Assembly: GCA_965261395.1 (NCBI GenBank)
Contig: OZ253462.1
Coordinates: 4,096,001 to 4,160,000, forward strand
DNA length: 64,000 bases
Source of the DNA: Candidatus Latescibacterota bacterium
Lineage (GTDB): Bacteria > Latescibacterota > UBA2968 > UBA8231
Reading direction: 5' to 3'
Shown here: positions 10,802 to 19,958 of the stretch, in pieces
Layout: each line of letters opens with the position of its first letter
Position numbering within the stretch: the first letter of the stretch is position 1
The notes under the pieces: generated by a model
Database searches by the model: none
Told to the model about the DNA's origin: nothing
What the model saw: only the letters and a program-made list of their open reading frames with translations
Position numbers and translations under genes: made by a program

Positions 10802-11652
10802 ATGACCAAGATCGAAGAGCTACTTAGAAGCCGTCTGAAAACTAGGGTTTCGATCTCTGCTTTGACTCCAAGCCGCTGGGATCGAGGGCGTCTCGCCCTA
10901 TGAAAAACGCTCGACGCCTAGATCGCTTGACCACCCGAAAAACAGCCCGACAGGGGGTTTTCAGACGGCTTCTTAGTAAACTCAAATGGACGATTGAAAG
11001 GAACCAAAGAGATTTTGAAGAAATCCAAGAACAGATTGAAGAGGTGCTTATTCAGATCGCGCCCCAAGGCGATGGAAAAAGCAACGACGTCGCAAGCGAC
11101 AATGACTCTGATTACGCCAGAGCCGTCCAGCTTATTAAAAAGTTAGTGTCTGAGCAGGTTGCCCCTGAACGAATAGTAGAACGTGAATCGGCGAGTTGGT
11201 GTGGTGTTTTTCTCGAGAACAAAAGAAAGACTATATGCCGTCTATATTTCAGCCGGTCTAGTAAGCGAATAGGTATATATACGAGGAGGGACAACGCGGG
11301 CAGGGCTGTTCTTAACGAGCATCGCATCGAACGCGTCGAGGATATCGAGATGCACCAGGCGGAGTTGCTAGCCGCCTGTGCCCTATATGAACCAGAGAAA
11401 CGACGCCGACGCGGACATAAATCGTATGAGGTGTTGATTTTAGAGGCGTTAGTGGATATGGACGGCCGAGGCACGGTAGATAAAGTTTGCGAACTAGTGG
11501 AGGAGAAAAGAGGGATCGGCTTCAAAAAGCACTCATGCACAGCGTGCCGTGCGAAAATGGTCAGGAAGGGCTGGCTGAAAGATAATTTAGACAAGAGTAT
11601 ATGGGAGATCACCGACAAAGGTCTCGCTTGGCTAGCTGAGAATTCGGGATAA
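10802..11652 (+). pseudogene. Restriction-associated protein (COG4748-like C-terminal domain + Mrr_N-like winged helix) interrupted by a MITE; residual ORF 10900-11652 remains open
   Basis: Removing 10827-10975 restores MTKIEELLSKLKWTIERNQ...; contains KTICRLYF and LILEAL...KGWL...IWEITDKG. Confidence 0.7.
10827..10972. mobile_element. 146-bp MITE, IS5-family-like
   Basis: Perfect 16-bp TIRs gaagccgtctgaaaac / gttttcagacggcttc; TTA duplicated at 10824-10826 and 10973-10975; no transposase. Confidence 0.9.
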
Positions 11653-11679
11653 TAAAAACTAGACCTCAAGGAAACCCTT

Positions 11680-13431
11680 ATGATACGCTTTGCTATTCTC
11701 TTCGTGTTGTCTGTGTTCCTATGGACCTGTGCCGATAAGCCTGCGCCTGTCGCGCCAGCGGGCAAAGCTACGGACTTCGACAGCCTGTTCGATGCCTTTA
11801 ATAACTATGAGTCAGATTCGGAGACGCCAACTGCTCCAGCCGATACCAGTTCAACCGATTCAACTATTACTGATTCAACTGTTGCCGACGCGGATAGCGT
11901 CGAGGTGGACTTTGAGCTCCCGCCTATTTCCGATCCGCTTGCCGATTGGGTTGACACCGGTTCACCAGAAGGGGACCGCGAGGCAATGCTGGCTCTCTGG
12001 CATGCTTTTGGTCAGCCTAACTTACGCAAGTGGGGCGATAAGTCGCTCAAGAAGTGGGAAGGGGTCAAAACGAACGACCAAGGGCGAGTCGTGGAGTTGT
12101 TAGTTCAGGACCTCGACTGGTCGTTGTCGTTTGCCATCCCGCCGGAGATTGGCCAACTAACTCAGCTTAAGGTGTTAGACATCAGCGGTACGACAGGCAA
12201 CCTACCGCCTGAAATTGGGAACCTTAGAAGGCTTGAGCATTTGGCTGTTGGGCTTGGTCAAGATGGCGATAGCGTCATACCAGAAGAATGGGGCCAGCTT
12301 GGTCTGTTGAAACATTTGAGGATTCAATGTTCTGGTTGCACAGGTGCCATTCCCGCATCGTTTGGAAACCTAAGCAACCTTGAGAGTCTGACGATCTTTG
12401 CTCGCGGCATGGACGGCCCATTGCCTAATGAGTTAGGTAATCTATCGCGTCTAAAGACACTGGACTTAGCGGGAATGGATAGCTTGTCCGGCGCGTTGCC
12501 CACGTCGTTGGGTAGGCTGGCGTCGCTTGAAGTTCTCAAGATTAAAAGCGTCAACTTGGAGGGGCCGCTTCCCAGTCTTACGGGGGCAAGGAACCTCAAG
12601 GTCGTCGAGATCGAGAAAAGATATCATAACTCGTCGGGTGCCTACGAGTGGCCTATAATCAGCACGTTGCCAGTTTCTTGGGGTCGCCTCACTAATCTTG
12701 AGGAAATATTTTTGCCTAATGTCGAAGGAACCTTGCCGCCCGAATGGGCGACCCTTGACAAGCTACGAAATCTCTGGCTTAGTCCCGCTATATCAGGTCG
12801 CTTGCCACCAGAATGGTCTGGCCTGCGCTCGCTGGAGCAAATTGGCATCGTCGACCAAGAGCTCGAAGGGCCGCTACCGCAAGAATGGGCTTTTATGTCC
12901 AACCTGTCGTATGTGTACTTGAATGACAATCTCATTGAGGGGCCGTTACCGGTGCTGTGGTCGGAAATGAAGAACATGCGGAAGATAGATCTATCGTTCA
13001 ATTTTATTGATGGCCCGTTGCCGCCTGAGTGGGGTGCATGGACTGAGTTGGAGATATTCGAGTGTGAGAGTTGTGGCTTGATGGGTGAAATCCCATCTAC
13101 GTGGTCGGCGCATACGAAGTTGACCAAGCTCGATCTCAGTGACAACCAGTTGACCGGTGCGCCGCCCGACTGGTGGCATAATATGACCGATCTGCGCGAA
13201 CTATACTTACGTGAAAATCAGTTCTCGGGGCCGTTTCCTAAGTCATTAGCTGAGGTCCCGTGGTTCAAAGAGCGGCAGAAAGGTTGGTCGCTCGACGAAG
13301 AAGGTCTGACAGGCTGCGTACCTCGTGCGCTCGCAGACCGCGATATGCGAGCACACATCGCGTTGGAATCAGACGGCAAAGGATGGGAGCGGTTCTTAGC
13401 GCACGGTCGTTTACACTGGTGCCGTAACTAA
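11680..13431 (+). CDS. Secreted/lipoprotein leucine-rich repeat protein with plant-receptor-like LRRs
   Basis: Hydrophobic signal ending LWTC, S/T/D-rich linker, LRRNT-like DREAMLAL..WEGV, ~24-aa repeats LxxLxLxxNxLxGxLPxEW. Confidence 0.88.
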   Translation: MIRFAILFVLSVFLWTCADKPAPVAPAGKATDFDSLFDAFNNYESDSETPTAPADTSSTDSTITDSTVADADSVEVDFELPPISDPLADWVDTGSPEGDREAMLALWHAFGQPNLRKWGDKSLKKWEGVKTNDQGRVVELLVQDLDWSLSFAIPPEIGQLTQLKVLDISGTTGNLPPEIGNLRRLEHLAVGLGQDGDSVIPEEWGQLGLLKHLRIQCSGCTGAIPASFGNLSNLESLTIFARGMDGPLPNELGNLSRLKTLDLAGMDSLSGALPTSLGRLASLEVLKIKSVNLEGPLPSLTGARNLKVVEIEKRYHNSSGAYEWPIISTLPVSWGRLTNLEEIFLPNVEGTLPPEWATLDKLRNLWLSPAISGRLPPEWSGLRSLEQIGIVDQELEGPLPQEWAFMSNLSYVYLNDNLIEGPLPVLWSEMKNMRKIDLSFNFIDGPLPPEWGAWTELEIFECESCGLMGEIPSTWSAHTKLTKLDLSDNQLTGAPPDWWHNMTDLRELYLRENQFSGPFPKSLAEVPWFKERQKGWSLDEEGLTGCVPRALADRDMRAHIALESDGKGWERFLAHGRLHWCRN

Positions 13432-13558
13432 AGTAATAAAGAAAGACCACTATCGGACTCGGCCGAGGCCGTCTGGCTGATGGCCAAATGTTCATCCCCC
13501 AATCCAAAACCGACCAAGAGAGATTTTCTCTGTCTAAAACTGCCTTTAGGAGGAATAC

Positions 13559-14548
13559 ATGGCACACACTGTGAAAATAGCCGTCACCGGGGCGGCTGGC
13601 CAGATTGGCTACGCTATCTTGCCGCGTTTGGCCTCGGGCGAGGTTTTCGGCCGCGACGTCCGGATCTCGCTGCACTTGCTGGAGATTACTCCGGCGCTCA
13701 AAGCCCTAGAAGGCGTGGTTATGGAACTCGACGACTGCGCCTTTCCGCTCCTCGACGACATCGTGATCACCGACCAAGCCGAAGTGGCTTTTGACGGGAT
13801 CAATTGGGGTCTGCTAATCGGCTCCAAACCGCGCGGTCCCGGTATGGAGCGGGGCGACTTAATTCGGGAAAACGGCCCGATATTCGTCGGTCAGGGTCAG
13901 GCCCTCGCCCGGGCCGCCGCCGATGTACGGGTCTTGGTCGTAGGCAATCCGGCCAATACCAATGGCTTGATTGCCATGAGCCACGGCCATAAGGCCGGTA
14001 TCCCCCGCGACCGCTTCCACGCCATGACCCGGCTGGATCAAAACCGCGCCCAAGCCCAGCTCGCCAACAAGGCCGGAGTCAAGGTCGTAGCGGTGACCAA
14101 TATGGCCATCTGGGGCAACCACAGCGCTACGCAGTACCCGGATGCCGAGAACGCTCGCATTGAGGGGCGGCCAGTGCCCGACGTCATAGGCCACCACGCT
14201 TGGTTGCGAGAGGAATTCATCCAAATCGTCCAGCAGCGGGGCGCGGCCGTCATCGACGCCCGTGGTTTGTCGTCGGCCGCGTCGGCTGCCAATGCCGCGC
14301 TCAACCACATCGTCAGCGTAGAGAGCGCCACGCCTGTGGGCGACTTTTTCTCGGCTGGAGTCTATTCGGACGGCAGCTACGGGATTGACGAGGGGTTGAT
14401 GTTTTCGTTTCCCATTCGCAGCGACGGTCAAGGCCAATGGGAGATCGTGCAGGGGTTGGAGTTGAGCGATTTTGCCCGTGCGAAGATCAAAGCCACCGAA
14501 GACGAGCTCAAAGAGGAACGCGCGGTCATCGCCGACCTCTTGGGCTGA
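13559..14548 (+). CDS. mdh: Malate dehydrogenase (MDH type 2)
   Basis: [12 protein letters not shown]-like start, [32 protein letters not shown]; AGGAGG SD. Confidence 0.96.
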   Translation: MAHTVKIAVTGAAGQIGYAILPRLASGEVFGRDVRISLHLLEITPALKALEGVVMELDDCAFPLLDDIVITDQAEVAFDGINWGLLIGSKPRGPGMERGDLIRENGPIFVGQGQALARAAADVRVLVVGNPANTNGLIAMSHGHKAGIPRDRFHAMTRLDQNRAQAQLANKAGVKVVAVTNMAIWGNHSATQYPDAENARIEGRPVPDVIGHHAWLREEFIQIVQQRGAAVIDARGLSSAASAANAALNHIVSVESATPVGDFFSAGVYSDGSYGIDEGLMFSFPIRSDGQGQWEIVQGLELSDFARAKIKATEDELKEERAVIADLLG

Positions 14549-14549
14549 T

Positions 14550-15293
14550 ATGTTCCAAGATCCCAAGCGCTATCAAGCCAAACACGACTATGTCACCGCC
14601 GCAGGTGTCGACTTAGTGGAGATATTGGCCCCCCAAGTCGGGGAACGCATCCTCGACTTGGGATGCGGCACCGGTCAACTGAGTGCCCAGATTGCCGCGG
14701 CCGGGGCTGAGGTTGTTGGCGTCGACTTGTCGGCCGAGATGATCGAGGCCGCCCGTGAGCAGTTTCCGGGCCTGTCCTTTGCCGTCGGCGATGCGGGAGA
14801 TTTTTCCTTTGTCGAACCGTTCGATGCGGTCTTTTCCAACGCAGCCCTGCACTGGGTCAAGCCGCCGGAAGCGGCCCTTGCGTGTATTGTCGCCTGTCTG
14901 GGGCAGGGCGGGCGTTTTGTCGCCGAATTGGGCGGGGCGCGGAATGTGGCTACCATCAGCCGGGCGCTGATCGACCAGTTGGCCGCTCGGGGTTTTTATC
15001 CGCAATCGCCTTGGTATTTTCCCTGCTTGGGGGAGTACACGCGGCTCGTGGAGCAGGCCGGGCTACGCGTTGCTTATGCCAGCCACTTTTCCCGCCCAAC
15101 GCCTCTAGCGAGCGAGAGCGGGTTGCGCGACTGGTTGGAGATGTTCGCCGCGACGCTTACAAAGGGCGTCCCTCCGTCGATGCGCGAAGAACTATTCGCC
15201 GCGGTGGAGGACGCCGTCCGCCCGGCATTGTACGGCGATGGGGTTTGGCGCGCCGATTACTGGCGTCTGCGCGTAGTCGCCTACAAAGAGTAA
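14550..15293 (+). CDS. Class I SAM-dependent methyltransferase (Tam-like)
   Basis: ILDLGCGTG, FDAVFSNAALHW, ADYWRLR. Confidence 0.88.
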   Translation: MFQDPKRYQAKHDYVTAAGVDLVEILAPQVGERILDLGCGTGQLSAQIAAAGAEVVGVDLSAEMIEAAREQFPGLSFAVGDAGDFSFVEPFDAVFSNAALHWVKPPEAALACIVACLGQGGRFVAELGGARNVATISRALIDQLAARGFYPQSPWYFPCLGEYTRLVEQAGLRVAYASHFSRPTPLASESGLRDWLEMFAATLTKGVPPSMREELFAAVEDAVRPALYGDGVWRADYWRLRVVAYKE

Positions 15294-15310
15294 GTTTGCG
15301 ACCGCTATTT

Positions 15311-15970
15311 ATGAAGCCGTGCCACGTAATTTGGGACTGGAATGGCACTTTAGTGGACGATGCTTGGCTGTGCGTCGAGATCGTCAACGAGCTCTTGGTG
15401 CGCCGTGGGCTAGCGTCGGTCACGCCGTGCAAATATAGCGAGGTTTTCGGATTTCCCCTGCGGACCTACTACCAGCGCGTAGGCTTTGACTTAGAGGGTG
15501 AGGACTTTGCGGCCATGGGCGACGAATTCAACATCCGCTACAGCCAGCGCCGCCGCGAGTGCCGTTTGCGCAAGGGAGCACGCGAAGTGCTGACCGCACT
15601 GGGCCGCAACGAGATCGGACAATCCCTCTTATCCGCCTACGACCAAGTGTCCCTCGAAGAAATGGTCGCTCACTACGGGCTACGATCCCACTTTGCCGCA
15701 GTCGCAGGGGTGGATAATGGCTTAGGGGAGGGGAAAATTGAGCGCGCGCATCGGCACCTTGCGGACCTCGACTGTCGGGGTGACGAAGTCTTGCTCGTCG
15801 GCGATACCCTACACGACATAGAGGTGGCCACCGCACTCGGGATCCATTGCGTCCTGCTGCCTTCTGGCCACCAGAGCCGGCAGCGGTTGGAACAGGGGGA
15901 GTGCGCCGTAGTGGATGGGCTTTTTGCACTGGCCACCTTGCTGGAACTAAAAGGAGATATCCATGACTGA
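15311..15970 (+). CDS. HAD-family hydrolase
   Basis: IWDWNGTL motif I, VGDTLHD motif IV. Confidence 0.88.
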   Translation: MKPCHVIWDWNGTLVDDAWLCVEIVNELLVRRGLASVTPCKYSEVFGFPLRTYYQRVGFDLEGEDFAAMGDEFNIRYSQRRRECRLRKGAREVLTALGRNEIGQSLLSAYDQVSLEEMVAHYGLRSHFAAVAGVDNGLGEGKIERAHRHLADLDCRGDEVLLVGDTLHDIEVATALGIHCVLLPSGHQSRQRLEQGECAVVDGLFALATLLELKGDIHD

Positions 15971-16862
15971 AACGTGGCGCGGAATTATGCCGATTGTGGT
16001 AACCCCCTTTACTGATAGCTACTCGATAGATGAAGCGGCCTTGCAGGAATTGGTCGCCTTCAGTATTGAAGCGGGTGCCACGGGCTTGGTGGGGCCGGCT
16101 AATGCCAGCGAATTTTCGACCCTTTCCGATGATGAACGCCGTCGCTGGATCGAGATTGTCGTCGCCGCGGCCGCTGGCCGAGTACCCGTAGTGGCCTCAA
16201 TTACCTCTGGCCATGCCGTGCCAGCCGTAGCCCTCGCTCAGTTTGCTCAAGCTACGGGAGCCGACGGGATCATGTCTATGCCGCCGCACGTATTGCGCGT
16301 TGACCAAGAAGGCTGCTACGCCTTTTACCAGCAGTTGGCGGCCGCGGTTGAGATCCCGATCTGCGTGCAGAATTTCGACGCGCCAGTCGGTACGCCCATG
16401 AGCGGCGAGCTGTTGGGGCGGATGTGCCGCGAACTGGCGGGCGTTGATTACATCAAGGAAGAGACCGTCCCCGAGCCTTGGCAGGTCAGTCGCACGCTGG
16501 CGCTGGCGGGCGCGGCCTGCAAGGGCGTACTGGGAGGCAAAGGGGGGGTCTATTTGCTCGACGAATTTCGACGCGGTGCCTGCGGCAATATGCCGGGCTG
16601 TCACGTGACCGACGTCATGGCGGCGATCTGGGATGCCCTTGAAGCAGGAGACGATGCGACGGCGCGGGCGCGCTTCTATCAGCTCCTGCCGCTGATGAAC
16701 TACGAGCGGCTCTACGGGCTGGCGATCTACAAGTGGATTCTACAAAAGCGCGGGTTGATCCGCTCGGCGGTTTGCCGGGCGCCCGTGCCCGTCCTCGACG
16801 GCGATGCGCTGACCGAGTTGGAGATCATTTGGGACGGCGTTGAGCCACTTTTGCGGGGGTGA
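15963..16862 (+). CDS. Dihydrodipicolinate synthase family (class I aldolase/dehydratase)
   Basis: GIMPIVVTPF, ASEFSTLSDDER, YIKEE. Confidence 0.88.
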   Translation: MTETWRGIMPIVVTPFTDSYSIDEAALQELVAFSIEAGATGLVGPANASEFSTLSDDERRRWIEIVVAAAAGRVPVVASITSGHAVPAVALAQFAQATGADGIMSMPPHVLRVDQEGCYAFYQQLAAAVEIPICVQNFDAPVGTPMSGELLGRMCRELAGVDYIKEETVPEPWQVSRTLALAGAACKGVLGGKGGVYLLDEFRRGACGNMPGCHVTDVMAAIWDALEAGDDATARARFYQLLPLMNYERLYGLAIYKWILQKRGLIRSAVCRAPVPVLDGDALTELEIIWDGVEPLLRG

Positions 16863-16866
16863 AATA

Positions 16867-17736
16867 GTGGATACCTATCAACAGCGCATTGAGCGCGACG
16901 GCTTTTGCGTTATTGAGCAAGTGATTCCCGAGGCAGTGGTCGGGGAGATATGCGCCGAGCTGGCGGCTGTGGTCGAGCGCAATCGTCGGCATTCCGAAGC
17001 CAAGTTGGCTGAAATTCGCCGCCGCGGCCACCGGATCGGCACCCCGGGTGTGGCCCAGCTCAAACAGGCTATCAATCAGGTGCAATCCTTTGCTCCGTAC
17101 TTGGCCGACCGCCGGCTCCTAGCGGTCATCGAGTCTTTTTTCGGGGCTTGGGCACGGATTTCCTGCACCGACTGCGTGTTCAATCACCCGGGTAATGCAC
17201 GAGGATATTGGCACGCCGATTGGCCTTACAACGCAACCAATGCCTCGCACATCCCCGCGCCGTATCCAGACGCGGTTCTGCACCTTTCGACCATCTGGAT
17301 GCTGACGCCATTTTCCGCTGAGACGGGGGGGACTTTCGTGGTGCCGGGCAGTCACCACTGGCCGCGCAATCCCGCAGCTGGGGACATGCCCGAAATGGAT
17401 CAAGACGCACCTTATCCCACCGAGTGCCAGATCGAAGGGGCGTCCGGCAGCGTCTTGGTGTACGACAGCCGGCTTTGGCACGCTGTGGCCCCCAACCGTA
17501 GCGCAAGCGATCGCGTCGCCCTCATCGTGCGCTACGCTCCGTGGTGGCTGAACCTAAATCCCACGCTCATCGGCCGGCCCGAACACGAGGCTATGGTGGT
17601 GGAGACCGGAGGCAAAAACTACGAGATGGTGCCGCTTGAGCGGGAAGTTTTTGACCGGTTGCCCGCAGCCGTTAAGCCTCTATATCGCCATTGGGTTGCG
17701 CAATCTGCCCGGCCTGATGAAGTGCGCGGGCACTGA
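16867..17736 (+). CDS. Phytanoyl-CoA dioxygenase (PhyH) family
   Basis: ERDGFCVI, WHADWP (HxD), GGTFVVPGSH, DSRLWH. Confidence 0.87.
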   Translation: MDTYQQRIERDGFCVIEQVIPEAVVGEICAELAAVVERNRRHSEAKLAEIRRRGHRIGTPGVAQLKQAINQVQSFAPYLADRRLLAVIESFFGAWARISCTDCVFNHPGNARGYWHADWPYNATNASHIPAPYPDAVLHLSTIWMLTPFSAETGGTFVVPGSHHWPRNPAAGDMPEMDQDAPYPTECQIEGASGSVLVYDSRLWHAVAPNRSASDRVALIVRYAPWWLNLNPTLIGRPEHEAMVVETGGKNYEMVPLEREVFDRLPAAVKPLYRHWVAQSARPDEVRGH

Positions 17737-18931
17737 CTCCCAAGACGCCGAGGAAGCCCTCGGAGTCGCGGTGATCAAAGTCGCCGATGGCCTCCATGGA
17801 AGCGGTATCCTCGCTGTAGAGCGAGTGGGGAGCGTCGCTGGCTGCGCAAAAGGCGACGTGGCCCTTGTAGAGCGAGACAGAGATGGTGCCAGTCGCCAAT
17901 TGATTAAAATGCTCGATGACCTTCCAGCTCGCCTGGGTCGCCGTGTCAAACCAATAGCCTTGGTAGATTTGCTCGGCAATAAACTCGGAGGCAAAGGTGA
18001 AGATCCGCCGTGCACGGCGGTCGAGAATGAGCTGGAGCAAGTAATCGTAGCACTGGCCGAGTAGCTCTAGGGCCGGTGCCTCATAGACGCCGCGCGACTT
18101 GATGCCAACGAAGCGATTTTCCACTGCGTGTAAGCCAATGCCGACGCCGTGTTGCCCGGCGATGGCGTTGCTCTGCTCGATGGCCTCGACCGGGCCGACG
18201 GCACGGCCATTGATGGAGATCGGGACGCCTCGTTCAAAGCGCACGGTGAAAACCTCTGCTGCATCCGGGGCTTGCTGCGGGAAACAGCCCATGCCGGGCG
18301 CGATCAGGCTAGACGCGGTGTCTAAGGCTTCGAGTTGGCCGGCTTCGTGCGTCAGCCCGAGCATGTTGGCATCCGTGGAGTAGGGCTTGTCCGGGGTGGC
18401 GGTTATGGGCAGGCCATGCCCCTGACAGTAAGCGATCATTTCGCTGCGTCCGCCAAAATTTTGCAAGAAGGCCGGGTCGCGCCAGGGAGCGTACACCTCG
18501 ATGTGGGGCGCGAGCATCTGCGCCGCTAGTTGGAAGCGGACTTGGTCGTTGCCGCGCCCGGTGGCCCCGTGCGCCATCACTTGGATGCCGCGCTCCTGCA
18601 TATGGGGCAACATACCGGCCACCGTCACGTGTCGGGCGATGCCAGTGGTGTTCCAATAGCCCCCCTCGTAGCGGGCTTGAGATTGGACGAGTTGGATGCC
18701 GGCTTGGCAAATAGCCTCTCTGCGGTCGTCGAGGATCATCTCAGTGGCCCCACAGGCCTGCATCCGGCTGCGTATGTCTTCGATGCGCTCTTCGTCGGGC
18801 TGGCCCAGATCGGCGGTATAGGCGACGACCTCTAGGCCTTGGGATTGAAGCCAATGAGTGATGGTACAGCTATCGAGGCCACCGGACGCGGCTAGCAAGA
18901 TCTTCTGGCCCTTTAGATCTGCGATATTCAT
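17672..18931 (-). CDS. argG: Argininosuccinate synthase
   Basis: AASGGLDS, HGATGRGNDQVRF, YSTDAN, ENRFVGIKSRGVYEAP. Confidence 0.96.
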   Translation of the reverse strand: MNIADLKGQKILLAASGGLDSCTITHWLQSQGLEVVAYTADLGQPDEERIEDIRSRMQACGATEMILDDRREAICQAGIQLVQSQARYEGGYWNTTGIARHVTVAGMLPHMQERGIQVMAHGATGRGNDQVRFQLAAQMLAPHIEVYAPWRDPAFLQNFGGRSEMIAYCQGHGLPITATPDKPYSTDANMLGLTHEAGQLEALDTASSLIAPGMGCFPQQAPDAAEVFTVRFERGVPISINGRAVGPVEAIEQSNAIAGQHGVGIGLHAVENRFVGIKSRGVYEAPALELLGQCYDYLLQLILDRRARRIFTFASEFIAEQIYQGYWFDTATQASWKVIEHFNQLATGTISVSLYKGHVAFCAASDAPHSLYSEDTASMEAIGDFDHRDSEGFLGVLGVSARALHQAGQIAQPNGDIEA

Positions 18932-18964
18932 GGTTGCTCCTTTTGTGAGTAAAGAAAATAATAT

Positions 18965-19002
18965 AATAAATAAAAATTCTTAATCAAGAATAATTATTAC
19001 TA
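18965..19002. promoter_or_regulatory. Putative tandem ARG boxes upstream of argG
   Basis: aataaataaaaattctta (16/18) and caagaataattattacta (14/18) vs WNTGAATWWWWATTCANW, 2 bp apart. Confidence 0.45.
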
Positions 19003-19029
19003 AATGTGGCAGGTAAGCCATGCTTTATC

Positions 19030-19058
19030 TTGACAGTTTTCACCCGCGAGAATATCAT
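19030..19058 (+). promoter_or_regulatory. Sigma-70 promoter, likely giving a leaderless transcript
   Basis: TTGACA-17 bp-TATCAT with the ATG starting 7 nt after the -10 box. Confidence 0.7.
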
Positions 19059-19064
19059 TAGCAA

Positions 19065-19937
19065 ATGCTCATTGACGCGCATAATCACCCCAATTGGCAT
19101 GGGTTTAACGCCGCCAAAATCCTGCGCAACATGGACGAGCAGGGCATCGACCAGATGTGGCTTTTCTCGTGGGAGGTCCCTGCAGATGAATACTCGCCTT
19201 CGTATCACTCGGTGTTGCCCCCTACGGGCTTGGGGATTCCCTTCGAAGATGTGCTGGCCGTCGGCAGAGAAGCGCCCGAGCGCTTTGTCCTCGGCTATAT
19301 GCCTCATCCCAAGCGGCCCGACGCCATAGATCGGCTCAAGGCCGCGGTCGAAATCCACGGTGTGCAGGTGGCCTCTGAGCTGAAGGTGCGCCTACCGTTT
19401 GACGATCCAGATGCGCTGCGCCTATACGAAGCTTGTGGCGCAATGCGCTTGCCCATCACGATCCATCTCGACTATCCAATCGACCACGGCCGCGGCGATT
19501 ACCCGCGCCCCAACTGGTGGTACGGCGGCAGCCTTGACGCGCTTGAACGCGCGGTGGTGGCCTGTCCGCAGACGGTCTTCATCGGCCATGCCCCTGGGTT
19601 CTGGGCCCATATTTCCGGGGACAATCGCTACGCCACGGAGAGCTACCCGAGCGGCCCGGTGCTGCCGAATGGGCGCTTAGCCCCAATGATGCGCCAGTAC
19701 CGCAACCTATATGCCGATCTGTCGGCCGGGTCGGGGTTGCGCGCGCTGCAAAGGGATCGGGACTTCGGGCGCGATTTTCTCCTCGAATTTCAGGACAAAT
19801 TGCTCTTTGGTCGGGACTATTTTGACACCCAGTTGATGGATTTTCTGCGCTCTTTTGAGCTGCCTGCGGAAGCCTTTGACAAGATCGCCTACCAAAACGC
19901 CCAGCGCCTCTTGTCTTCCTACTTAGACGCGCCGTGA
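19065..19937 (+). CDS. Amidohydrolase-2 family protein
   Basis: IDAHNH, ELK, IGHAPGFW, YADLSA, LLFGRD. Confidence 0.87.
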   Translation: MLIDAHNHPNWHGFNAAKILRNMDEQGIDQMWLFSWEVPADEYSPSYHSVLPPTGLGIPFEDVLAVGREAPERFVLGYMPHPKRPDAIDRLKAAVEIHGVQVASELKVRLPFDDPDALRLYEACGAMRLPITIHLDYPIDHGRGDYPRPNWWYGGSLDALERAVVACPQTVFIGHAPGFWAHISGDNRYATESYPSGPVLPNGRLAPMMRQYRNLYADLSAGSGLRALQRDRDFGRDFLLEFQDKLLFGRDYFDTQLMDFLRSFELPAEAFDKIAYQNAQRLLSSYLDAP

Positions 19938-19958
19938 AGACGGCCGAGAGCTAAAATC

